Assembly (NCBI GenBank): GCA_963711625.1
Contig: OY970207.1
Location: 2,914,029-2,978,028 of the forward strand
Source: Vulcanimicrobiota bacterium
Lineage (GTDB): Bacteria; Vulcanimicrobiota; Vulcanimicrobiia; Vulcanimicrobiales; Vulcanimicrobiaceae
Length of the DNA: 64,000 bases
Direction of reading: 5' to 3'
In this document: piece after piece, positions 41,582 through 53,220 of the stretch
Position numbering within the stretch: the first letter of the stretch is position 1
How the letters are laid out: each line of letters opens with the position of its first letter
Notes under the pieces: generated by a model
What the model saw: only the letters and a program-made list of their open reading frames with translations
The model's database searches: none
What the model was told of the DNA's origin: nothing
Position numbers and translations under genes: made by a program

Positions 41582-43702
41582 CTGTGACGGCCGCTCGGTG
41601 ACGCCGACGGCGACTCCGACGGAGCCGGCGTTTCCGTCGGCGGAGGCGTGATGTCGTCGGGAGGCGTCGCGTCGACTGGCGGCACGGTCGGCTGCGGCAA
41701 ATACGCCCCGCCGCTCTGAGGCGAGTCGGGCTCGGCATCGTACGCGTCGATCGAACGCCCGCAACCGACTTGCGGCTCCGTGCCCTTCAGATAGTATTCC
41801 GTGCCGCGTCCGCAGCCGGCAACCTTCTCGACCTCATCGGTCGGCACCGCGAAATCGTGCGGCGGCGTGTTCGCGAGCGCCGCCTTCATGAAGCGCGCCC
41901 AGATGCGCGCCGGAATGTTGCCGCCGTACGACTCGTTCATCGCGCGAGTAGTCGTCGTTGCCGAGCCACACGGCGGCGACCAGGTCCGGGGTGAAGCCGA
42001 CGAACCACGCGTCGCGGAAGTTCGAGGTCGTGCCGGTCTTGCCGGCGGCCGGACGGCCGATGACGGCGTTCGGATACCCGGTGCCTTCGTCGATGACGTC
42101 TTCGAGCATCGACGTCACGATGTAGGCGGTGCCGGCGCTCACGACGTCGGTCGCTTGCGGCACGCGGTTGTCGAGCACGACACTGCCGAGCGAGTCTTTC
42201 ACCAGACGAAACGGCGTGGGTTCGATGTGTAGGCCCCCGTTGGCGATCGTCGCGTAGCCGCCGCCTGATCGAGGACGGTGACGACCGACGATCCGAGCGC
42301 GAGCGAGAGGTTCGCCTCGAGCGGCGCCGTCACGCCCATGCGGTGGGCGTACTCGATCACGTTGTCGAGGCCGACGCGCTCGGCGATCTTCACCGCGACC
42401 ACGTTGCGCGACATGCGCCAGCGCCTCGCGCAGCGTGATCGCCCCCAGATAGCGGTTGTCGTCGTCCTTCGGCGACCAGCGCGTGCCGTCGCCCATCGGA
42501 TAGCTCACCGGCGTGTCGTCGACGATCGTCGACGCGGGCATCCCCGAGTCGATCGCGGCCGTGTAGACGTAGATTTTGAACGACGAGCCCGGCTGCCGGC
42601 GCGCCTGCCACGCGCGGTTGAACTGATTGCGCAGCGAGAACTCCGGCGCCGCCGACCATCGCCAGGATCTCGCCGGTCGACGGACGGAGCGCGACGAGCG
42701 CCGCTTGATGCGCGCCGATGCCCTCGGCCTCCGCGCGGCCGACGCCCCACGTTACCGCTTCTTGCGCGATCTTCTGCATGCGCGTGTCGAGCGACGTGTA
42801 GACCTGCAAGCCCGCCTTCCTCGACGGCATTGCGTGCCGAAGAGCGCTGCGAGTTCGCGCGATCGCGTAGGTCGTGAAGTACGGATAACGGTACCCCTGC
42901 AGTCCGGCGGCGCTGTTGCGAGATGAGTCCGAGCGGCCCGTCGTAGGCGGCGTCGGCCTGCGGCGGCCGTGACGAAGCCGCTCTCGACCATGCGGTCGAG
43001 GACGTGCCGCTGCGCGTCGCGTGCCAACTCGAGGTTCGACGAACGGCGAGTAGTCGGACGGCGCCGCGACGAGCCCGCGAGCATCGCGGCCTGCGCGAGC
43101 GTCAGCTTGTCGACGCCGCGCCCGAAGTAGGTGTGCGCGGCGGCTTCGACGCCGTACGCGCCGGCGCCGAGGTAGATGATGTTGAGATAGCGTTCGAGGA
43201 TCTCGTCCTTCGTGTAGTAGCGCTCGATCTCGATCGCGAGCAGCGCCTCTTGCACCTTGCGCGAGATCGAGACCTGGTCGTTGAGGAACAGGCGGCGCGC
43301 CAGCTGCTGCGTGATGGTCGAGGCGCCTTGAAACTGCTGGTGCGTCAAGTCGGCGAACGCCGCGCGCACGATGCCGCCGAAGTCGACGCCGTGATGCTGG
43401 TAGAAGTTGTGATCTTCGTTGGCGATGAACGCATCGCGCACGAGCGGCGGCATGCGCGCGATCGGCACCCAGACGCGGTTCTCGCGGTAGACCGATGCGA
43501 GCTGCGTGCCGTCGCGCGCGAAGATGCGCGTCGAGCTCGCGGGTTGATAGTCGGCCATCCGGCTGATGTCGGGGAGGTTGCGCCCGTACGCCGCCACGAT
43601 ACCGGCGACCGAACCGAGCGCGAAGAGCACGATCATCAGCAGCGCGACCAGCAGGCCGCGCCAGAAACCGCCCCCGCCGCGCTTGCGCTTACGCCCGGGC
43701 AT
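41578..43702 (-). CDS. class A penicillin-binding protein (transglycosylase + transpeptidase; at least seven frame breaks)
   Basis: TM GLLVALLMIVLFALGSVAGIV. GT51 motifs FIANEDHNFYQHHGVD, GASTITQQLARRLFL, RKVQEALLAIEIERYY. Transpeptidase SSFK (my translation near 42580), MSRNVVAVK (SxN) and AAGKTGTTSNFRDAWFVGFTPD (KTG). Pro-rich C-terminal tail. Confidence 0.8.
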
Positions 43703-44090
43703 TCGCGACCGCGCTCAAGACGCCGTTGACGAAACGGCCGGAGTCTTCGGTGGAGAAACGCTTGGCGAGCGCGACCGCTTCGTTGATCGCGACGGCGGCG
43801 GGCGTCTCGGGCCGGCAATGCAGTTCGAACGTCGCCATTTCCAGCAAGAGCCGATCGATCGTCGGCAGGCGTTCGATCGTCCAGCCTTCCAGCAGCGGGC
43901 TTACGATGCGATCGGCTTCCGGCGCGTATTCGAGCGTGCCGAGCGCAAGTTCCTCGACGAACGCACGCTGCTCGCGATCGGCGCCCGTCGCCGACGATCT
44001 CGGTCAACGCCTCGCGCGGCTCGCGGTCGCCGATCACGACCGAGTACAGCACCTTGAGCGCCTTCTCGCGCGCGGCCGGCGCGACGTCAT
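43689..44090 (-). CDS. nusB: transcription antitermination factor NusB (about 2 frame breaks)
   Basis: AAREKALKVLYSVVIGDREPREALTEIV..., then by frame hopping ...IERLPTIDRLLLEMATFELH...PAAVAINEAVALAKRFSTEDSGRFVNGVLSAVANARA*. The stop overlaps the PBP start by 14 nt. Confidence 0.75.
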
Positions 44091-45457
44091 CCCACAACTC
44101 GGCGAGCCGGCGGCGAGGAGCTCGTTTGGAAGGAACTCGACGTCGTAACCGCCCTCGCGAAACGCCGGCGTCGGCGAGGATGTCCAGGCAGAGCTCGCGG
44201 GTCGTGCTGCACGCCCTCCACGAGCGTCTCGCGCAGCGCGCGCTCCATGCGCGCGATCGCCGACGTCGCGCGTGTCGCCGAACGCGACGATCTTCGCGAT
44301 CATCGAGTCGTAGTACGGCGGGATGGTCGCGCCGGCGTAGAGGTGCGTGTCGACGCGAATGCCCGGACCGCCCGGAAAGACGACTTTCGACACCGTGCCG
44401 GCCGCCGGGGCGAAGTTGTTGCGCGGGTCTTCGGCGTTGATGCGGCACTCGATCGCGTGGCCGCGCGCACGCAAGTCGGTCTGCGCGTAGCCGAGCGGCT
44501 CGCCCGCCGCGATGCGGATCTGCTCCTTGACCAGATCGATGCTGTAGACCATCTCGGTCACCGGGTGCTCGACTTGGATCCGCGTGTTCATCTCCATGAA
44601 GTACACGTCGTCGCCGGCGACGAGGAACTCGAGCGTTCCGGCGTTGGTGTAGCCGACGTGACGCGCGATGCGCGCAGGGCCATCTCGTGCGAGCGCCGGC
44701 GGTTGCGCGCGGAGAGGTTCGGCGCCGGCGTCTCTTCGATCATCTTCTGATGCGCCGGCTTCTGCACGGAGCAGTCGCGCTCGCCGAGGTGCACGATCTT
44801 GCCGAAGTCGTCGCCGAGCACTTGCACCTCGATGTGCCGCGGGCGATCGCATCAGCTTCTCCATGTAGACGCGCCCGTCTTTGAAGCTCGCTTCGGCTTC
44901 GGCGGTCGCTCCCGCGTAGGCACGCGCGCAGTTCGCTGGCGATCGCGACACGACGCGCATCCCGCGCCCGCCGCCGCCGGCGGTCGCCTTGAGCAACACC
45001 GGATAGCCGATCGTTTCCGCAGCCGCGCGGCCTCGTCGACCGAGGCGAGGACGTCGCTGCCGGGCGTCGTCGCAACGCCCGCCTCGTGCATCACGCGCTT
45101 CGCCGTCGCTTTATCGCCCATCGCGCGATCACGCTCGGCTTCGGGCCGATGAACGTCAGATCCGTGGTCGCCGCAGATCTCGGCGAAGCGCGCGTTCTCG
45201 GCCAAAAATCCGTAGCCGGGGTGTACCGCGTCGCAGTGCGTGATCAGCGCCGTCGAGATGATGTTCGGAATGTTGAGATAGGATCGCGCCGCCGGCCCGG
45301 GCCCGACGCAGAACGCCTCGTCGGCCTGGCGAACGTGCAGCGATTCGCGATCCGCTTCCGAGAAGATCGCGACGGTCGATACGCCGAGCTCCTGACACGC
45401 GCGATTGATTCGCAGCGCGATCTCACCCCGGTTGGCGATCAGGACTTTTCGAAAGAT
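44087..45457 (-). CDS. accC: acetyl-CoA carboxylase biotin carboxylase subunit (at least four frame breaks; both ends approximate)
   Basis: [89 protein letters not shown]-type block ([28 protein letters not shown]), [10 protein letters not shown]. No ATG or GTG is visible at the expected start (codon ATC). Confidence 0.8.
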
Positions 45458-45458
45458 G

Positions 45459-45876
45459 TCAGTTTCCTCGTTCGACCAAGAAGAGCGGCTGACCGTACTC
45501 GACCGGCGCGCCGTCGGAAACGGGCATCCCGATGAGACGCCCGGCCCCCATGCTGTGCACCGGCGTGCGAATGCCGAGCGCCTCGACGAACCCCAGTTCG
45601 CGATCGCCATCGAGCACGTCACCGGCGGCCGGCGCCGGCCGGCTGAGGTGAAAGATACCGACGAGGTCGGCCTTGATCGTATCCACCCGCGCTGCCGTCG
45701 CAGCGGCCGGTGCGCGGTCGGCCGTTTCGGCGGGTGCAGCGGCGCGCGTGGCGCGCGCCGACCTCGACGAGCTCGCCGTCGCGAGCGATGCGCACGCACG
45801 TCGCGCCCGACTCCTCGAGGAATTGCGCGAGCGCGCGAACGCGTTCGGCGACCGAGGAGGCTGCTTCGTCCGGCAT
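45459..45876 (-). CDS. biotin carboxyl carrier protein (BCCP) homolog lacking the canonical biotinyl-lysine (frame break near 45700)
   Basis: N-terminus [29 protein letters not shown]. The C-terminal lipoyl/biotinyl-like domain [69 protein letters not shown] lies in an uninterrupted ORF (45459..45686). EALGI sits where EAMKM is expected. Confidence 0.7.
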
Positions 45877-46355
45877 GAGTGTTCGGCTTTCGCGCTCGGC
45901 GAGTTCGACCCCCGCGAGCTCCGCCGCCGTCAGCGCGTCGCGCAGCGGCGCGAAGCGATCGTCGATCTCCGCCAGCGGAACGAGCACGAAGGCGCGCTCG
46001 CGCAGGCGCGGGTGCGGAACGCGCAGACTAGGCTCGTCGATGTCGGCGTCGTCGTAGAGCAACAGGTCGAGATCGATCGTCGCGCGGCCCCCAGCGTTCG
46101 CGCTCGGCGCGGCCGAGCTCGCGCTCGACCTCCTGCAGCGTCGCGAGCAGCGCGCGCGGATCCAATTCGGTGTGCAGCGCGACTACGGCGTTGAGAAACC
46201 ACGGCTGATCCGTCACACCCCACGGCGCGGTGCGATAGCGCGACGATGCGCGCCGACCGCTACCGAGCGCGCCGAGCGCCGCGACGGCGCGTTCGACGTT
46301 GCGCCGCGGTCGCCGCGTTGGATCCGACGCCGACGTATGCGCGGTGTACGGTCAC
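45877..46355 (-). CDS. folK: 2-amino-4-hydroxy-6-hydroxymethyldihydropteridine pyrophosphokinase (about 2 frame breaks; no visible stop at either junction)
   Basis: [13 protein letters not shown]... (my translation). [77 protein letters not shown]. Confidence 0.75.
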
Positions 46356-46724
46356 GTCATCGCGAGCGCGAGGATTGGCGCGTCGCAGCGTGACCGACGG
46401 CGTCGCTCCGTCGAGGATCGCCGGGTTTCGAAACGGTCACCTGCGCGCGCGAGCGATGCGCGCGTCGTCGAACACTGCGTCGAGCAGATCGCCCGCGAGC
46501 CGTTCGAGCAGCGCGTACGACGTGGTCGCGACGATCGCCACGAGCCGCGCGTGCAGCGCCGCATAGTCGATCGTCGCATGCAGAGTCGTCGGTCTGCGAC
46601 GCGCCGCGCGAGATCGATGTCGACCGTCACGTCGACGTCGAAGGGCTGGCGCCGGTGCGCGCTCCGCGGCTCGCGCGCCGTGGCGGCCGTAGGCGCGCAC
46701 GCCGCGCAGGCTTATTCGGTCCAC
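46356..46724 (-). CDS. folB: dihydroneopterin aldolase (frame breaks; in frame with both folP and folK)
   Basis: VDRISLRGVRAYGRHGA, FDVDVTVDIDL, TIDYAALHARLVAIVATTSYALLERLAGDLLDAVF, VTVSKPG.ILDGATPSVTLRR (frame hopping). Confidence 0.7.
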
Positions 46725-47540
46725 CGTCGGCGGCCTCCAGCCGCGCACGATCGCGTCGGCGACTGCGACGACGTCGCGCGCGGCGGCGACGTCGTGCACG
46801 CGAACGACGTCGATGCCGGCCCGGACGGCGAGCGCCGTCGTCGCGGCCGTTCCGAAGACCCGTTCGTTCGCGCCGCGCCCGGTCAGCTTGCCGATCGTCG
46901 ACTTGCGCGAGGTGCCGAGCATCGTCGGAAAGCCGAGCGCGACCAGGCGGTCGAGCGAGCGCAGCACGGCGAGATTCTGCTCGGCGGTCTTTCCGAAGCC
47001 GATGCCGGGATCGAGCACGATGCGTTCCGGCGCGATTCCCCGCGCGCATCGCGCGCGCCGCACAGCCTTCGAGATAAGCGCAGCACCGCGTCGACCACCG
47101 GCTCGTCGTACTGCGTTCCGTGCTGGTTGTGCATCGCGACGATCGGCATCGCCAGCTCGGCGGCGGCTTCGAGCAGGTCGTCGGCGCATCCCCACACCGA
47201 GTTCACCAGCGTCGGCGCCGGCGTCGTGCGCCGCGCGCAACACTGCGGGTTTGTAGGTGTCGACGGAAATCGGTGCCGCGGGCAGCGCTGCGCGCAGCGC
47301 GCGAATCGCCGGCACGACGCGCGCGATCTCGACCTCGTCGTCGACGGGCCGATGTCCGGGACGCGTCGACTCGCCGCCGATGTCCAAGAGGTCGGCGCCG
47401 GCCTCCCACTGCTGACGACGCGCGAACGCGGCGGCGCTCGCCGCATCCTCGATCCCGTCGCCCGAGAACGAGTCCGGCGTCACGTTGACGATGCCCATCA
47501 CGTACGTTCGCGCGCCCCAACGCAGCGACGCGCCCCGCAC
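46725..47540 (-). CDS. folP: dihydropteroate synthase (2-3 frame breaks)
   Basis: YVMGIVNVTPDSFSGDG, LLDIGGESTRPG, SVDTYKPAV, LVNSVWG (second frame), IVLDPGIGFGKT, LGTSRKSTIG, DVVRVHDV. Confidence 0.8.
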
Positions 47541-47556
47541 TCGAGCGCGCCGCGCT

Positions 47557-48886
47557 CTACCCGGCGATCGGCGCGAACCATTCGCGTAAGCCCGCGACGA
47601 CGAACGTCGAGCCGGTCACGACGACGACGTCTTCGAACGCGGCGGTGCGTCGCGCGACGGTGAAGCGCTTCGACCGGATCGTCGATCGCGCGGCCCCAGC
47701 GCGCCGAGCGATTCGGCCATCGTCGCTAAGCGCCCCGGTGGCATCGCGCGACGCCCGGAAACGGTAGAACGACGTAAACGTAAACGTCGCCGGCAGCCGG
47801 CGCAAGATTGCGCAGAATCGACGCGCGTCTTTGCTCTCGCCGATGGCGACGACGTAGTGGATGCGGCGCCCGGGGAAGCGTTCGCGCAGCGAAGCGACGA
47901 GCGACTCCGGCTTTCTCTTCGTTGTGCGCGATGTCGAAGAGCACGGCAGGCGTGCCGAGAAAGAGCTCCATCCGTCCGGGAATCTCCAAGTGCGCGAATC
48001 CGCGCGCGACCGCGTCCGCCGCCGGGCGCAGTTCGGGGCGCGAGCTGTTCCAGGACGGCGATCGCGGTGGCGGCGTTGACGCGCTGAAAGATCCCAAGAC
48101 CGGCATGGCAAGGCGATAGACGCTCGCGCCGTGCGCAGCACGAGCGTTTGACGCCGCCGGCCGGGCGATCGGACTCGACCCGCACGACGTCGCCGGCATG
48201 GACGACCGGTGCGCCGACCTCGGCGGCGTAACGTTCGATCACGTCGCGCGCGGCGGCGGCACCGGCGCGACGACCAGCGGCACGCCGCGCTTGGCAATGC
48301 CGGCCTTCTCGCGCGCGATCGCCTCGAGCGTCGTGCCCAGCACGTCGGTATGGTCGTAGCCGACCGACGTGATTGCCGCAACGACCGGATGCGAGGACGT
48401 TCGTTCCGTCGAGCCGGCCGCCCGAGCCCGACTTCGATCACGCCGACGTCCACGCGCTCTTCGGCGAAGTAGGCAGAACGCCAGCGCCAGAAGCGTTTCG
48501 TAATAGGTCGGCCGTCCGTGCTGCGCGGTCGTCCGCTCGATCGCCGGCATCATCCGCGTCGAGCAGCGCGGCGAAACGCTCCGGCGACATCGGCTTCGCC
48601 GTCGATGCGCGCGCGCTCGGTCATCGAGCGCAGATGCGGTTTGGTGTGCAAGCCCGGTGCGTTTACCCGCGCCGGCAGCGCCGCAGCGATCATCGTCGCC
48701 GTCGAGCCCTTACCGCTCGTGCCGCCGACGTGAATGGTGGGATAGGCCGGCTGCGGATCGCCGAGCTCGCGCAGAAAGGCGCGCATGCGATCGAGCTTGT
48801 AGGACGTGCGGCGCGAAACGGTCTCGTCGATCGTGTCCGAGCAGGTAGGCTTCTGCGTCGCGCGGAAGCTCGGGATCGACGTTCAT
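47557..48886 (-). CDS. folC: dihydrofolate synthase / folylpolyglutamate synthase (at least five frame breaks)
   Basis: [95 protein letters not shown]-terminus [17 protein letters not shown]. Confidence 0.75.
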
Positions 48887-48892
48887 CCGTCC

Positions 48893-49374
48893 TCAACCCG
48901 ATCGGCCAGAGCAGTTCGAGCGCGTGCGGAAGCACCGGCAGCACGACGTCGAGCACTCGCGCGACCGCGCTTGAGGACTGCCCGGCAGATTGACGATCAG
49001 CGTGCGATCGCGCACGCCGGCCAGCGCGCGCGAGAGCATCGCGCTCTTCGATGCGGGCGATCGACGCCGCGCGAATCGCCTCCGGCGATGCCGGGCACTT
49101 CGTAGTCGAGAACCGCCGCGGTCGCTTGCGGCGTGCGATCGCGCGGTGAAAGCCCCGTGCCGCCGCTGGTCAGCACCAGATCGGCCGGCCCGCGAATCGG
49201 CGAGCTCGATCAGCTCGGCCTGCAGCGCCGCGGGATCGTCGGGCAGGACGCGCTCGCGCACGATCGCGTACGCGGCGCCCGAGGCGCTCTTTCATGATCG
49301 GAATGCACTCGTCGGCGCGCTCGTCCGCCGGCCGCGCGATCCGAGAGCACGATGAGCGCCGCGCGAAAGCTCAC
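48893..49374 (-). CDS. MoaB/MogA-family molybdopterin adenylyltransferase-like protein (about 3 frame breaks; may be fused to moaC)
   Basis: [16 protein letters not shown] (my translation from the GTG at 49372-49374), [48 protein letters not shown]. The boundary with moaC needs one indel either way. Confidence 0.65.
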
Positions 49375-49850
49375 GGCGTTCGCTCCAGGCTCCGCTCTTG
49401 CCGCCGCTCTTCTCGAGCAGCCGCACCGACTCGATCGTGATGCCCTTGTCGAGCGCCTTCGACATGTCGTAGATCGTCAGCGCGGCGATCGCCGCGGCTA
49501 CCATCGCCTCCATCTCGACGCCGGTCTGCGCGGCGGTGTGCGCCTCGCGCCTCGATCGCGCAGCGCGCCGTCGTCGCTGCCAGCTCAAGCGCACGTCGAC
49601 GCTGCTGAAGCGGCAGCGGATGCGCGAGCGGGATCAGCGCCGCGGTCTGCTTGGCGGCCATGATGCCGGCGAGCTGCGCCGCCACGAAGGCATCGCCTTT
49701 CGGCAGCGTCGCCGCTCGTAGCGCGCTTCTCGCGCCGCGGCGCTCATTCGAACCAGCGCCTCGGCGCGACGCCCGGCGCGACGTGACCGCCTTGCGGAGA
49801 CGTCGACCATCGCGAGGCTGCCGTCGCTGCGCGACGTGGGTCGGCTTCAT
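49371..49850 (-). CDS. moaC: cyclic pyranopterin monophosphate synthase accessory protein MoaC (about 4 frame breaks)
   Basis: MKPTHV..., [78 protein letters not shown]. Confidence 0.75.
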   Translation of the reverse strand: MKPTHVAQRRQPRDGRRLRKAVTSRRASRRGAGSNERRGARSALRAATLPKGDAFVAAQLAGIMAAKQTAALIPLAHPLPLQQRRRALELAATTARCAIEARGAHRRADRRRDGGDGSRGDRRADDLRHVEGARQGHHDRVGAAAREERRQERSLERTP

Positions 49851-50041
49851 CGGCGGGCGCGCTCTGAAACCGCGCCCAGATCACGCACGAGCAGCGCGAG
49901 CACCCAGAAGCAGGACGAGGTGCGTAATGTGATGCGTGTGCGGTCGGACCGGATTCCGTGAACGCAGTTGATCTTCCCGAGCCCGTAGAGAATGCCGACG
50001 ACGAAGAAGACGATGGCCAGGACCATGGCGATGACTCTCAT
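49847..50041 (-). CDS. small hydrophobic hypothetical protein (possible internal frame break)
   Basis: [25 protein letters not shown]... The ATG overlaps the uppP stop (ATGA). The second half is uncertain. Confidence 0.35.
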   Translation of the reverse strand: MRVIAMVLAIVFFVVGILYGLGKINCVHGIRSDRTRITLRTSSCFWVLALLVRDLGAVSERARR

Positions 50042-50900
50042 GTGATGACTCCCTTGCGTGCCAAGAAGAAACAGATCGCGCCCACGACGACGCAGTACCA
50101 GCCGAACGGGCGCAGATCGTTCGAGCGGAAGTATCGCGTCAAAAAGGCGACCGACAGATATGCGGCAATGCCCGCGGCAATTCCGCCGACGCACGGCCTG
50201 AAGGAGCACGAGTGCGCGCTCGGGCGCAAAGAGCTTCGGCATCTCGAGCAACGCCGGCGGCGAGGATGACCGGCGTCGCGAGCAGGAACGAGTAGCGCGC
50301 GGCATTTTCGTGATCGAGGTCGCAGAGCAACCCGCGACCATCGAGATGCCCGAACGCGAGATGCCCGGGAAGCAGCGCGAACGATTGCGCGAAACCGATT
50401 CCACGCTGGCCGGATAGCTCAGCGCTTCGATCGGCTTGTCGGGCCGGCCGCTCGCCGCGTGCTGACGGCGCCGCAGCACCTCGCCCGGAACATCAGCAGG
50501 CCGTTGACCACCAAGAAGAGCCGCCGCCGGCGCCGGCGAGCCGAAGAGCTTGCGCACCGGTATCTCGAAGATGACGCCGAGAATTCCAACCGGAATCGTG
50601 CCGATCACCAGCAGCCACCCGATGCGCTCGTCGCGATCGTCGCTCGTGCGGCCGCGCACGATGCTGGCAACGAGCGCGCGAACGATCGCGGCCCACTCCT
50701 CGCGATAAAAGACGACCAGCGCCAACGCCGTGCCGAGATGCAGCACGACGACGAACGCGAGAAACGACGGATTCGAGCGGTCGATGTTGTTCCACTGCAG
50801 CAGCGGCCGGAACCAAAATCGTGTGGCCGAGGCTCGAGATCGGGAAGAGCTCGCTGACGCCCTGCAGAAGCGCGAGGACCATCGCTTGAAAGAAGGTCAC
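50038..50900 (-). CDS. uppP: undecaprenyl-diphosphate phosphatase (about 5 frame breaks)
   Basis: VTFFQAMVLALLQGVSELFPISSLGHTILV, FLAFVVVLHLGTALALVVFY (frame hop), GWLLVIGTIPVGILGVIFE, PGISRSGISMVAG. C-terminus FGWYCVVVGAICFFLA. Confidence 0.8.
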
Positions 50901-50933
50901 CGCGCTCGTTATCCCGCCGAGCTTCCACCGCCT

Positions 50934-51567
50934 TCACCACGCGAAGAACTTGACGCTGAAAGTATAGGCCGCCGCGATCGGTTTGCAGTCGTGCAGCGCC
51001 GGCGAGTAGCGAGCGTCGCGCGCCATCGACACGCGCGACGAGATCGAGCGACGAGTTCCCGCTGCTCTGCGCGACGCTGGTCGCGGACGACGCTGACCCG
51101 CGCGTCGAGCTCGCACGTGCACGAAGGCGGTGCCGCTGGTACCGGCGGCGCGCGCGTCGGGCGCAATGTCCGGCGGCGACGGCGTCGCGACGACGGCGGC
51201 CTGGCGCGTTGGCGCGACGCGCAACCCGAAGCCGGCGTAGCACTCGGCGCGACGTCGGCGGCGGCGACGGCCGGCGGCGGCGGCCGGTCCCGACCCTCCC
51301 GGGCTCGGCGCCGGGGCCGGTGCTCGCGGGCGGCTTTGCCGAGCTCGGCGCGCAGCGTCGACGACGGCGCGGGCGTCGGCCGCGGCGGAGGCGGCGGCGT
51401 CGGAATCCTCGTCATCGCAATCGACGCCGGACGGTGCTCTATCGAAACGACCTCGGCTTGGCTTTGCGCCGTCGGCGATCGGCGGGTGCAGGCCGATCGC
51501 GACGATCAGGTGCAGCAGCAGCGAGAGCGCGAACGCGACGACCAGCAGAGCGCGGCATGCGCTTCAT
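50934..51567 (-). CDS. TonB-family protein 2 (about 3 frame breaks)
   Basis: By my translation: MKRMPRALLVVAFALSLLLHLIVAIGL. Pro-rich spacer (TRIPTPPPPPRPTPAP). TonB-C-like end ...SSGNSSLDLVARV..ARYSPALHDCKPIAAAYTFSVKFFAW*. Confidence 0.6.
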
Positions 51568-51607
51568 GCCGCATCGATCACGCTGGGACGTCGCCGGCGC
51601 GAGCCTG

Positions 51608-52342
<735 letters not shown>

Positions 52343-52345
52343 GAG

Positions 52346-52771
52346 CTACTGAGTCACACCCTGGGGCGTGCCCTCGACGTGATTGGCCAGGCCGAAGTCG
52401 GTGAGGTCGACCGATTTCGCCGCGTCCATCACCTGAAGAATGACGCCGTAGCTCGCCTTCGGATCGGCCTTGATGATGACGCTCTTGAACTTGTGATCGG
52501 TGGCGTCTTGGAGCTGCGCGAAGGCGGCCTTCGCGTCGCGGATCGTCGACCTGATTCGAGCCGATCTGCACGTGGTCTTGTCGTCGATGATGACGACGAT
52601 CTGCGACGGCTGAACCTTGTCCTTGTTGTAGGCGTCGGGCAGCTTCGGCTCTTTGGTGACCGAGGCCAGAATGATGAAGATGATCAGGAGGACCAACAGC
52701 ACGTCCGTAAACGGCGTGATGTTGATCGTCGACATTACCTCATCTTCGCCTCCACCAGTGGAAACGGCCAC
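52346..52771 (-). CDS. exbD: biopolymer transport protein ExbD/TolR
   Basis: Uninterrupted 141-aa ORF. EDEVMSTINITPFTDVLLVLLIIFIILASV...SVIIKADPKASYGVILQVMDAAKSV. There may be a compensated double frame slip around 52560-52590. Confidence 0.85.
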   Translation of the reverse strand: MAVSTGGGEDEVMSTINITPFTDVLLVLLIIFIILASVTKEPKLPDAYNKDKVQPSQIVVIIDDKTTCRSARIRSTIRDAKAAFAQLQDATDHKFKSVIIKADPKASYGVILQVMDAAKSVDLTDFGLANHVEGTPQGVTQ

Positions 52772-52790
52772 GTCTATCTATCCTCCACTC

Positions 52791-53201
52791 CTACGACGTG
52801 ACGAAGCCGACGTCTTCGAGACCGGCTTGCTTGGCCGCGTCGAGAATCCGGATGATGATGCCGTACGGCGCCTTCGCGTCGGCGACGATCGCGACGTGAT
52901 GGTGCGGCTTCTTCTTGGACGCGTCGTACATCACGCGGTAGATGCCGACGTCGTCGGTCTTCGTGCCGTCGACGAAGATGACGCCCTTATTGTTGACGTC
53001 GACTTCGATGTCGTTCTTGTTCTTGTTCTGCGTCGAGCTGTTGGGGTTCTTGTTGGGCAGCTCTTTCTCGAAGCCCGGCGGCGCGACGAGCGCGGCGAGG
53101 ATCATGAAGATGATGAGCAGGACCAGCAGCACGTCGGTGAACGGCGTGATGTTGATCTCCGCCATCACCTCCTCGTCTTGCTGCGCCGAAAGCAGTGACA
53201 C
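52791..53201 (-). CDS. exbD: biopolymer transport protein ExbD/TolR (second copy)
   Basis: Intact 136-aa ORF. DEEVMAEINITPFTDVLLVLLIIFMILAALV...HVAIVADAKAPYGIIIRILDAAKQAG. Confidence 0.85.
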   Translation of the reverse strand: MSLLSAQQDEEVMAEINITPFTDVLLVLLIIFMILAALVAPPGFEKELPNKNPNSSTQNKNKNDIEVDVNNKGVIFVDGTKTDDVGIYRVMYDASKKKPHHHVAIVADAKAPYGIIIRILDAAKQAGLEDVGFVTS

Positions 53202-53220
53202 GTTCGTGCCTCGCGCGCCG

